DNA of 56,515 nucleotides from Candidatus Eiseniibacteriota bacterium (GTDB taxonomy: Bacteria > Eisenbacteria > RBG-16-71-46). Positions 40,102-47,944 of the stretch are shown here, piece after piece. Positions within the stretch are counted from its first letter, which is position 1; each line of letters begins with the position of its first letter. The position numbers and the translations under genes are program-made. The stretch covers positions 1 to 56,515 of the forward strand of contig JBGAOA010000013.1 of NCBI GenBank assembly GCA_044222065.1. The letters run 5' to 3'. A model generated the notes under the pieces. The model made no database searches and had not been told where the DNA came from. It was given only the letters and a program-made list of their open reading frames with translations.

Positions 40102-43014
40102 TCAGCGCACGCGCACCACCGTGCGCGTTCGTTCGATCGCGCCGGCCTGGAGCCGCAGCCAGTACGTGCCCGCGCGCGCCGCGTGCCCCGCGTCGTCGCG
40201 ACCGTCCCAGCTCGAGACGTGCGCACCCGCCGTCGCCGCGCCGCGCTCGAGCGTGCGCACGAGCCGGCCGCCGACGTCGTACACGGCGAGCGACGCCTCG
40301 CCGGCGACGGGCAGCGACCAGCGGATCGAGAGCGTTCCCGCGAACGGATTCGGTCCCGCGGCGAGCGACAGCGCGGCCGGTGTGGCGGTCGGCACGTCGG
40401 TCGTGGACGGCACGGCGAGCAGCCGCAGGTCGTCCACGCCGGCTTCGACGAGCGAGCCCGCGCCGTAGTCCGACGCGCGGAAGCGCAGCTGCAGGTTCGC
40501 CGTCGGCGTCACGACGTCCGACACGAAGAACAGCGCGCGGCGCCATTCGCCCGCGCTCGACGTTTCCTCGAACACCGGCGTCCACGTCGTGCCGCCGTCG
40601 TTCGAGATCGCGACGTGGAACGTGTCACTCGCGGGCGCGCCGCCGAGGTCGTTGCGATACCAGTACCAGTATTCGATCAAGGGATCCGTCATTCCGGTCG
40701 CGTCGAACGACGAGCTGACGAGCGTGACGTGGCCGCCGTCCACGTCGTTCGTTCCGGCGGCCGCGCCCGCCGCGGCGTTGCCCGTGATCCAGCACTGGGC
40801 GCCCGCGGGCGAGTGGTCGTCCTCGGGCTGGCTCGCGTCGGATCCGACGTACGCGCCGACCGGATCGGAGCGCGTCCACGCGCCCGAGGTCGCGTTGTCC
40901 CCGGCGCCGCCCGCGATCCAGCCGGCGGTCGTTTCCATGTCGTTCGAGAACTGCGTCGCGAACGGGCCCGCGAGGAACAGGTGGTTGCCGCGGAACGGCG
41001 CGCCGTAGGGCTCGCCCGCCACGCCGCCGTAGACGTCGGTCGCGGTCAGGTAGTAGCGCACGATGCCGGTGAAGAGCGCGGGGAGGTTCGCCTGGTACTC
41101 GTCGGCGACGCCGGTCGGCGTCATCGCGATGCCCTGGAACGGACCGTTGTCCACCGAGTAGTGCAGCGTGACGCCGTTCGCGGCGAGCGCGCCGAACGGC
41201 CCCGAGTACTGCACGACGGCAGCGATGCGATAGGGGCCGTGATCCGGCGTATCCGACAGCGGGCCGTGCACGATCGTCGTGAAGAACCCGGTGCCGATCC
41301 CGTGGGCGTTGAACGCGGACACGATCTCGGCGAAGTGCGGCGTGCCGTTCGCGAGATTCGCGTCGTCGTCGTCCGCGACGAGCACTTCGACGAAGTACTC
41401 GTGCATCGCGACGCCATTGTCGAAGTCGTCGGGCGTGCCGTAGCGGCTGAAGTGCGCGAGCAGCCGCGTGGGCGCGAGGCCGATCGCCTCGCGCAGGTCC
41501 CACATCGCGCCGCCGACGATGAGGCCCGCGAAGTGCGCCTCGCCGTCGTCGTCGGGCCACGTGTTCGTGTTGTCCGTGTTGCGCAGCACGGTGCCGACGC
41601 CCGTGAAGCCGCGGCCGACGAGCGGCGTGTCGAGCAGCAGGCAGGCGTTGACGTCCGCCGTGCCCTCGTGGAGCGCGCCGTTGACCATGCCGAACGGCTG
41701 GCCGAGCGCGGCGTACAGCTGGTCGTTGATGCCGTGCCCGTACTCGTGGAACACGACGTCGGGCATCGAGGCCGTGTTCGGGCAGCCGCCGCCGGCGAGG
41801 TAGAAGTTGATGCCCGTGCCGTCCCAGAACGCGTTGCACACGTCGTTGATGTTCACCGCGCACGGCATCGAGTAGTCGAGCGCCGTCATCGCGGGATCGA
41901 GCCCCTTGATGTAGTCGTGCACGATGTTCACGCTCCGGAACGCGTCGCGCTCGGCGTCCTGCGAGTTCACGGTCGTCCACGTGAAGTTCGCCACGCCGGG
42001 ATCCGGCGTCACGCTCGACTGCGATGCGTCCGTGCCGTTCTGGCGGTTCACGTTCACGAACGGACCTTCGAGCCGCGCCGTGACGGTGGACGTGACGCCG
42101 GCCGCGAACGAGTAGAAGCCGCTCGCGTCCGTGACGGGGAACGAACCGCCGATCGTGAGCCACTGGTTCTTGAACGGCACGCTCGTGAGCGGGTCGGTCG
42201 GAAGGTCGGCGTGCACCTGGCCCGTGACGGTGCCGGTGATCGCGTGGCGCACGCGGTCGAAGCGCAGACGCACCTCGCCGGTCGCGGCGTCCACGAGCGT
42301 CACCCAGCGCGCGGGCGGATCCTGCGTCACGATCTCGACGGTCGCGACGGGCCGCAGCACGACGCCGTTCTCGGTCCGCACCGGCAGCAGCGCGAGTTCG
42401 CCCGCGCCCGAGGCGTCGTCGGTCGCGGGATCGAAGCGCAGGCCGTTCGTCGCGGCGGCGCGCAGCACGCTCGCCGCGAGCTTCGGCGCGGTGAGCGCCT
42501 CGGCCGGCACGTCGCGCATCGCGTCGGCGCCGAACGCGACGAGCGCGCCGTTCGCGCCGACGCGGAACTCCCAGTCGGCGAACAGCACGGGCAGCCCGTT
42601 CACTCGCTCGCGGAAGCGCACGTACCAGGTCTCCCGCGCGCGCACGGCGGAGACGAGTTCGAGGTCGGGCGCGCCGAACAGGCCGGGCTCGGACGCGACG
42701 AATGCGCGCACGGCGCCCTCGACCGAGGCGGCGTCGTTCGCGGCCCCGGGCAGCGCGAACGAGGGCCCGAACGCGCGGTGCGGCGTGCCGGTGGCACGAT
42801 CCCACATCACGCTCCAGCGCCCGTGGCGTGACTCGAAAGACGCCCAGGCGGCGGCGCGCGCCGCGGGAACGCGCGCGTCCATCGAAGCCGTGTTGAGGCT
42901 CGCGAGCGGGACGGCGCCGGGCGCGACGGCGGCCGGTGTGACGAGCGCGCGGGCGGAAGCGGGCAGCAGCGCGGCGGCCAGGAGCAGGGTGAGCAAGGGG
43001 CGTGTGCGAGGCAT
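40102..43014 (-). CDS. Secreted M4/M36-like zinc metallopeptidase with propeptide and C-terminal FlgD/T9SS-like domain
   Basis: Signal peptide, FTP/PepSY-like region, NAFWDG, DVVFHEYGH, GALHEGTAD, C-terminal PNPF...YDVGGRLVRTL...WDGRDD. Confidence 0.88.
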   Translation of the reverse strand: MPRTRPLLTLLLAAALLPASARALVTPAAVAPGAVPLASLNTASMDARVPAARAAAWASFESRHGRWSVMWDRATGTPHRAFGPSFALPGAANDAASVEGAVRAFVASEPGLFGAPDLELVSAVRARETWYVRFRERVNGLPVLFADWEFRVGANGALVAFGADAMRDVPAEALTAPKLAASVLRAAATNGLRFDPATDDASGAGELALLPVRTENGVVLRPVATVEIVTQDPPARWVTLVDAATGEVRLRFDRVRHAITGTVTGQVHADLPTDPLTSVPFKNQWLTIGGSFPVTDASGFYSFAAGVTSTVTARLEGPFVNVNRQNGTDASQSSVTPDPGVANFTWTTVNSQDAERDAFRSVNIVHDYIKGLDPAMTALDYSMPCAVNINDVCNAFWDGTGINFYLAGGGCPNTASMPDVVFHEYGHGINDQLYAALGQPFGMVNGALHEGTADVNACLLLDTPLVGRGFTGVGTVLRNTDNTNTWPDDDGEAHFAGLIVGGAMWDLREAIGLAPTRLLAHFSRYGTPDDFDNGVAMHEYFVEVLVADDDDANLANGTPHFAEIVSAFNAHGIGTGFFTTIVHGPLSDTPDHGPYRIAAVVQYSGPFGALAANGVTLHYSVDNGPFQGIAMTPTGVADEYQANLPALFTGIVRYYLTATDVYGGVAGEPYGAPFRGNHLFLAGPFATQFSNDMETTAGWIAGGAGDNATSGAWTRSDPVGAYVGSDASQPEDDHSPAGAQCWITGNAAAGAAAGTNDVDGGHVTLVSSSFDATGMTDPLIEYWYWYRNDLGGAPASDTFHVAISNDGGTTWTPVFEETSSAGEWRRALFFVSDVVTPTANLQLRFRASDYGAGSLVEAGVDDLRLLAVPSTTDVPTATPAALSLAAGPNPFAGTLSIRWSLPVAGEASLAVYDVGGRLVRTLERGAATAGAHVSSWDGRDDAGHAARAGTYWLRLQAGAIERTRTVVRVR

Positions 43015-43185
43015 GGGCGTCTCCGGGGGTGCGGGTCCGTGCGGCGTTGCGGGGGATTGTTCCCGGCGCGACGGCGTCCTCGCAAGCGGGAAAGCGCGGG
43101 CGGCCGCGCGGTGACGCCGGGCGGAGCGATTCGATGGAACATCGCGGCGCTCGTCACGCCGCCGGTTGCCGCGACCGCGGCCCGC

Positions 43186-43378
43186 CCTGGCCCGGCGTAT
43201 TCGTGGGCGATCGGCCTACCAGGCGTCGGCCCCGCGTCCTCCGCAGCGTCGCCGCCCAGCACCGAGAGCCTCGACGTGTCTCCGACACGCCCTGCGGCCC
43301 GGAAGCGGGCGGCCTCTACGGCGGCTGCCGCGGTGCCACCGCCTTCGGCTCGACGTTCACCGAATACGCCGGGCTGGG
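43186..43378. repeat. About 190-nt imperfect palindrome (MITE/REPIN-like element or structured RNA)
   Basis: Terminal IR gcccggcgtattcg/cgaatacgccgggc, nested complementary blocks, central hairpin cgtgtc-tcc-gacacg at the midpoint. Confidence 0.65.
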
Positions 43379-43405
43379 AATTTCGCCCACTTCCGGAGGC
43401 ACTCG

Positions 43406-44103
43406 ATGTCCGACTCCCGGGACGCGCGCCGCCGTGCCGCACGGCGCACGCCGGGTCGCTCGCTCTGCTTCGCCGCGTTCCTGTCGCTCGTGCTCGCCGC
43501 GGCACCGGCGCGCGCCCGCGCCCAGATCCACCCGCGCCGAGCGAGCGTCAGTTCCTCCAGCTCGCCCACTGGATCTCGGGCTCCTACAGCAGCGCGGCGC
43601 AGGCCGCGCGCGACACGAGCTATCGCGACGTGCAACTGCACGTCACGCCGATCTGGACCGAGCGCGGCGAGGGTTACCGCTGGTACTACCTCGAGCAGGC
43701 GCTCGCGAGCGCCCCGGCGCGCCCGTTCCGCCAGCGCGTGTACCGGATGAGCGACCTCGCCGACGGCACGTTCCTGTGCGTCGTCTACGCGCTGCCGCGC
43801 CCGCAGCGCTTCGCGGGCGAATGGCGCGCCGAGCTGCCGCTCGTCCGGCTCTCGCCCGACTCGCTGCTCGAGCGCGAGGGCTGCGAGCTGATCTTCCGGC
43901 GCTCGGCCGACGGCAGCTTCGCCGGAGCGACGCGCGAACGGCGCTGCCCGAGCGAGCTGCGCGGCGCGAAGTGGACGACGTCCGAGGCGGTCGTCACGCG
44001 CGAGCGGCTGCTCTCGCTCGAGCGCGGCTACGACTCGACCGGCGTGCAGGTGTGGGGCCCGACGAAGGGCGCCTACGAGTTCCTGCGCGTCCGCGACCGC
44101 TGA
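43406..44103 (+). CDS. CpcT/CpeT-family lyase-like secreted protein with one apparent frameshift near 43530
   Basis: GGAGG+ATG 43406 with signal peptide in one frame; GSYSS.AQA, Y.EQA, PFRQRVY, GC.L, ERGYD..G.QVWG in another. Confidence 0.75.
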
Positions 44104-44116
44104 CGGCGGCGCACGC

Positions 44117-45292
44117 TCAGTCCTCGATCGTCGCGAGTCCGGCGAGCGTGACGCGCGCGACCTCGCGCGCGAGACGTTCGCGAGGCACGCCGGACGCGCC
44201 CGCGAGCCGCGCGAGCGGCGTGCGGCGCAGCGCCGCCTCGACGACCGCGATGCTGGTCAGGTCGGCGTCGAGCACGCGGCGTTCGGGTCCGTGCACGAGC
44301 AGCGGCCGCTCGCCGCGCAGCACGCCGACGTGCGCGGGTTCCGCGACGAGTCGGCCGCGGCCCGAGTCGAGGCGCGACTCGACTTCGCGCGTGACGCGCT
44401 CGAAGTCCTCGACGGTCGCGCGCGGCGAGCCGCCGGCCTCGCGCCACAGCACATACGGCGCGATCCACGAGCCCCACTGCTCGGGCTCGCGCTTCACGCG
44501 CGTCTCGAACCACGCCCACAGCGCGCGCGTCGCTGCGGCGAGCCCGTCGGCGTCGTCCCGGTCCGGCGGCGCGATCGGATCGCCGTAGACGATGCCGCGC
44601 TTGCCGAGTCCCGCGCGATAGGCGAGCGCGGGCACGATCGGCACGCGAGCCGCGGCGGCGAACCACGCGGGGCTCGTCCGCACGCGCAGCGGCACGCCGA
44701 GGAAGTCCACATCGGCCGAGTGGTGCTCGCGGTCGCGCGCGCCGCCCGCCACGCTCATGCCGTCGGCGTAGATCGTGACCGCGCCGCCGCCCTTGAGCGC
44801 CGCGAGCGCGCGGCGGACGTCGGCCGCGCTGCGCGCGATCAGCCCTTCGTAGCGGATGCCGCCGCGCGCAGACGTTCGCGTGAAGTCCTCGCCCGAGAGC
44901 CCGGCGAGGTCGTCGAGCATGAGCGCCTTCACGTCCACGCCGAAGTGCGCCGTCTCCCACGGCACGAAGTAGAGCGGGCCGTAGTGCAGCGAGCCGACGA
45001 CGAATCCCTGTTTCGCGTCGCGCAGCCGCTCGACCACGGCGCCGCCCACGACCTCGTCCACGCGCTGGCCGGCGAGCAGGTCGAGCCGGTCGAGAGCGCC
45101 GAGCGCGAAGCTGCGCTGCACGCGCGCGGCGAGCGCGCGGAGCTGGTCGGGCGTCATCGTGCGGCCGAACGCCGACGACACGCTGATCGGCAGCATGCGG
45201 AACTGCTCGGCGTAGGCCGAGCGCTCGATGCCCTTCGAGAACCGCGCGCCGAGCAGGTGGACCGCACTGCGCGCGGCGAGCACGACGTTCAT
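44117..45292 (-). CDS. LpxL/HtrB-like (LPLAT) acyltransferase with putative C-terminal RRE/winged-helix domain
   Basis: SLHYG, TIYADG, VDFLG...PAWFA..ARVPIVP, VKREPEQW.SW; extra about 85-aa tail with a strands-then-helices pattern ending LAGLATIE. Confidence 0.78.
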   Translation of the reverse strand: MNVVLAARSAVHLLGARFSKGIERSAYAEQFRMLPISVSSAFGRTMTPDQLRALAARVQRSFALGALDRLDLLAGQRVDEVVGGAVVERLRDAKQGFVVGSLHYGPLYFVPWETAHFGVDVKALMLDDLAGLSGEDFTRTSARGGIRYEGLIARSAADVRRALAALKGGGAVTIYADGMSVAGGARDREHHSADVDFLGVPLRVRTSPAWFAAAARVPIVPALAYRAGLGKRGIVYGDPIAPPDRDDADGLAAATRALWAWFETRVKREPEQWGSWIAPYVLWREAGGSPRATVEDFERVTREVESRLDSGRGRLVAEPAHVGVLRGERPLLVHGPERRVLDADLTSIAVVEAALRRTPLARLAGASGVPRERLAREVARVTLAGLATIED

Positions 45293-46323
45293 CGCGCGCC
45301 CCGCAGTTCGCGCAGGACCGCGGGGCCGACGACTCCGAGCGCGAGCCACGCGGTGAGCGCGAGGTGGGCGAGTAGCGCGACGGCGTAGATCGCGCTCGCG
45401 CGCCCGGGCGGCGCCTGCGGCGCCGCGTCGCGGCCGCGCAGCCGGCCGAGCCAGCGCTCGCCGAGGCCGCGCACGCCGAGCGCGTCGGCGAGCAGCCAGT
45501 GGCCGTCGAATCCCGGGAGCGGGCTCAGGTTCGAGAACGCGCTCGCCGCGACGAGCAGCGCCGCGCGCATCCACGCGTCGCTGCCGGTCGCGGCGTGCAG
45601 CGCGCCCGCGGCGCCGGCGAGCAGGAGCTGCACGTACACGCCGCCGAGGTCCACCGCGATCCGGCCCCGGCGATCGAGCAGCGCCGAGCGGCGCACGTCC
45701 GCGTAGAGCACCGGCGAGAGCCCGACGAGGCGGAACCCCACGGCGCCCGGCGTCTCGCCGTGGCGGACGAGCGCCGCGGCGTGCCCGAGTTCGTGCGCGA
45801 ACACCGAGACGAGCAGCGCGCCGAGAGCGGGCCACCAGGCGGGCGAGAGCCAGTGCCGCTCGCCGCTCACGAGTCCCGCCGCGCTCGCGAGCGCGGGCGC
45901 GAGACCCGCGAGCGCGAGCACCGCGAGCCCGATCGCGACGCCCGGGGCGTGGAGCGGTGCGAGAGCGCGCGCGAGCGGCAGGACCGCGCGGGGCGGAAGC
46001 AGCTCGAGACGCGCGCCCGCGGGCGGCGGAGCCTCGGACACGCGCACGGGCGGCGTCGCGTCGGGGACGCCGACGAGCCCGATCGGCCACAGCACCTCGC
46101 GCAGCGCGCGCTCGACGGCGGCGCCGTCCACCGGGCGCCCCGAATCGCGCGAGTACGCGAGCGCGATCGCATCCGCGTCGCGCCGGCCGTCCACGAGGGC
46201 GAGCAGCCGCGCGGCTTCCTCGCTGAGGTGGAAGACGCGATCGGGCGGCAGCGTCACGGTGACCTGACGCTCCGCCCGATCTTCGAACCGGATTCGCACG
46301 CCGGTGACGGCGGTCGGAATCAT
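45289..46323 (-). CDS. PqqD/RRE-like domain fused to M50 (site-2 protease) metallopeptidase
   Basis: N-terminal FHLSEEAARLLALVDGRRDADAIA...LWPIGLV; HELGH zinc motif, PVLYADV, GGVYVQ, NLSPLPGFDG; GGAG RBS before ATG 46323. Confidence 0.85.
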   Translation of the reverse strand: MIPTAVTGVRIRFEDRAERQVTVTLPPDRVFHLSEEAARLLALVDGRRDADAIALAYSRDSGRPVDGAAVERALREVLWPIGLVGVPDATPPVRVSEAPPPAGARLELLPPRAVLPLARALAPLHAPGVAIGLAVLALAGLAPALASAAGLVSGERHWLSPAWWPALGALLVSVFAHELGHAAALVRHGETPGAVGFRLVGLSPVLYADVRRSALLDRRGRIAVDLGGVYVQLLLAGAAGALHAATGSDAWMRAALLVAASAFSNLSPLPGFDGHWLLADALGVRGLGERWLGRLRGRDAAPQAPPGRASAIYAVALLAHLALTAWLALGVVGPAVLRELRGAR

Positions 46324-46397
46324 CCGGTGCTCCTGCGGGGTCGCGCGGGGATCCACGGCGAAAGCCGGCGGGCCGGTGCGCGTCCGCGGAAGTGTCG

Positions 46398-46550
46398 TCA
46401 GGCCTTGATGGTCCCGAACGAGTAGTAGATGAGGTAGATGACTTCGCCGAGGAAGCTCGTCGAGTCCACCGACAGCTCGCGGCGCTCGGTCAGCTCGCGG
46501 GCGGAGACCGCCGGGAACAGTTCGACCTCGTCGTGACGCAGGTTCTGCAC
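46398..46550 (-). CDS. Putative RiPP precursor A3: MQNLRHDEVELFPAVSARELTERRELSVDSTSFLGEVIYLIYYSFGTIKA (50 aa)
   Basis: Manual translation; GTG start with AAAGGAG RBS; leader homologous to A1 and A2. Confidence 0.85.
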   Translation of the reverse strand: MQNLRHDEVELFPAVSARELTERRELSVDSTSFLGEVIYLIYYSFGTIKA

Positions 46551-46668
46551 GGGAAGCTCCTTTCGAACTCGCCCGCGGGAACGGGCGTGGGGGGCTCGGT
46601 CACGGGGCGGCCGTGGAATCCCGTGAACGCGGCGGGACGCTAGCAGAAGCGCCGTGCCGCCAGAAAGC

Positions 46669-46696
46669 GAAGGAGGCGGCTTTCGCCGCCTCCTTC
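46669..46696 (-). terminator. Strong hairpin after precursor A2
   Basis: Minus strand gaaggaggcggc-gaaa-gccgcctccttc then gctttct; perfect 12-bp stem. Confidence 0.7.
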
Positions 46697-46719
46697 ACGC
46701 GAAGATTTCGGGAACGAGC

Positions 46720-46854
46720 TCAGTCCCACCAGTAGAAGGACGCGTAGAACAGCTCCTCCAGGAACGACGAGTAGCCATGGAGTTCGCGACGCTCTTCCAT
46801 CTCGTGGACTTCCACCGCGCGGAACAGCTCGACCTGCTCGGTCTGCTTCAGCAT
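46720..46854 (-). CDS. Putative RiPP precursor A2: MLKQTEQVELFRAVEVHEMEERRELHGYSSFLEELFYASFYWWD (44 aa)
   Basis: Manual translation; AAGGAGG RBS; shared leader. Confidence 0.88.
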   Translation of the reverse strand: MLKQTEQVELFRAVEVHEMEERRELHGYSSFLEELFYASFYWWD

Positions 46855-46932
46855 CCCTGGAATCCTCCTTGATTCGCGGGCGAGCGGCCCGCCTGGTTGG
46901 GGAGTGGTGCCTGAAGGGGTCTGGTTCGCCGG

Positions 46933-47076
46933 CTAGGCGCTCGGCTTTCCGAAACCGTAGGAGGCCTTGATCAGCGCGAGGATGAACGAATAGCCGCGCA
47001 GGTCGCGAGCTTCCTCCAGCTCCTTCACATCCACGGCCCGGAACAACTCGATCGACTTCTGATCATCGTGCTGCAT
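46933..47076 (-). CDS. Putative RiPP precursor A1: MQHDDQKSIELFRAVDVKELEEARDLRGYSFILALIKASYGFGKPSA (47 aa)
   Basis: Manual translation; AGGAGG RBS; shared leader. Confidence 0.88.
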   Translation of the reverse strand: MQHDDQKSIELFRAVDVKELEEARDLRGYSFILALIKASYGFGKPSA

Positions 47077-47224
47077 CTCAGCCTCCTGTCGGTCGTGTAA
47101 GCCGGAACGTGAGTGGGCACGTGCGCGAATCGCGCGGCGGACAATTTACAAAAACGCGCGGCGGTGTCCAGCCTGAAACGCTCCCCGGCCCCGGCAGGCC
47201 GTTTGGCTCGTGTATGGTGTCGGC

Positions 47225-47944
47225 ATGGCCACGCCCTGGGATCACCTCCTTGCCGCGGTGCTCGTGGTCGGTCTTCCGTTGCGTGCGGTCTGGCTCTTCC
47301 GGCGGCTCGCGAACTCCCCGTCCCAGGACCGCGCCGCCGTCCGGAAACGCCTCTATCTACAGGCGATGGCCATGCAGTGGACGCTGGTGGCCGGGCTCGC
47401 CGCCCTGTGGCTCGCGACCGGCCGTCCGTGGGGCTCGCTCGGCCTCGTGCCGCGGGCGAACGGGGGGTTCTGGGGCGTCCTCCTCGGCCTGCTGTTCGTG
47501 ACGCCGCTGCTGTTCCGGCGACTCCGGTCGCTCGATGCCGCGACGGTCGCGGCGGCCCGGGCGTCGTTCGCCCCGGTCGAGTCGCTCCTGCCCCGGACCG
47601 TCCCCGAGCGGAACCTGTTCTACGCGCTCTCGGTCACGGCCGGCTGCTGCGAGGAACTGCTCTACCGGGGGTTCCTGATCGACTACTTCGGGCGCTGGAC
47701 GGGAACGCTCCAGGCGATGCTGCTCGTCGCGGTGCTGTTCGGGGTCGGGCACGCCTACCAGGGCCTTTCGGGCGTGCTCAAGACCGGCATCGTCGGCGCG
47801 TTCCTCGGCACCGCCTATCTGCTCACGGGATCGCTGCTCTTGCCCGTGATCGTGCACGCGCTCATGGACGTCTACGCCGGAACGCTCGCGCACCGCGTGC
47901 TCACGTTCGAACCCGCGCCTGCCGCCGTGGAGCGCACCGCGTGA
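47225..47944 (+). CDS. CPBP (CAAX/Abi) intramembrane glutamic endopeptidase
   Basis: EELLYRG, FGVGHAYQG, H.LMD motifs; TM helices; TATGGT hexamer shortly before the ATG (possible leaderless transcript). Confidence 0.9.
   Translation: MATPWDHLLAAVLVVGLPLRAVWLFRRLANSPSQDRAAVRKRLYLQAMAMQWTLVAGLAALWLATGRPWGSLGLVPRANGGFWGVLLGLLFVTPLLFRRLRSLDAATVAAARASFAPVESLLPRTVPERNLFYALSVTAGCCEELLYRGFLIDYFGRWTGTLQAMLLVAVLFGVGHAYQGLSGVLKTGIVGAFLGTAYLLTGSLLLPVIVHALMDVYAGTLAHRVLTFEPAPAAVERTA

Noticed and set aside
43186..43378. 6S RNA call
   Set aside because: The size fits, but pairing appears nearly continuous with no clear large central bubble; left as an unassigned palindrome.
46636..46664. Possible sigma-54 promoter upstream of A3 (minus strand ggcacggcgcttctgc)
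   Set aside because: GG-to-GC spacing is two bases longer than the required GG-N10-GC.
46392..46872. Plus-strand ORF-track entries 46392..46643 and 46654..46872
   Set aside because: Antisense shadows of precursors A3 and A2; the minus-strand frames have the RBSs and the three-way homology.
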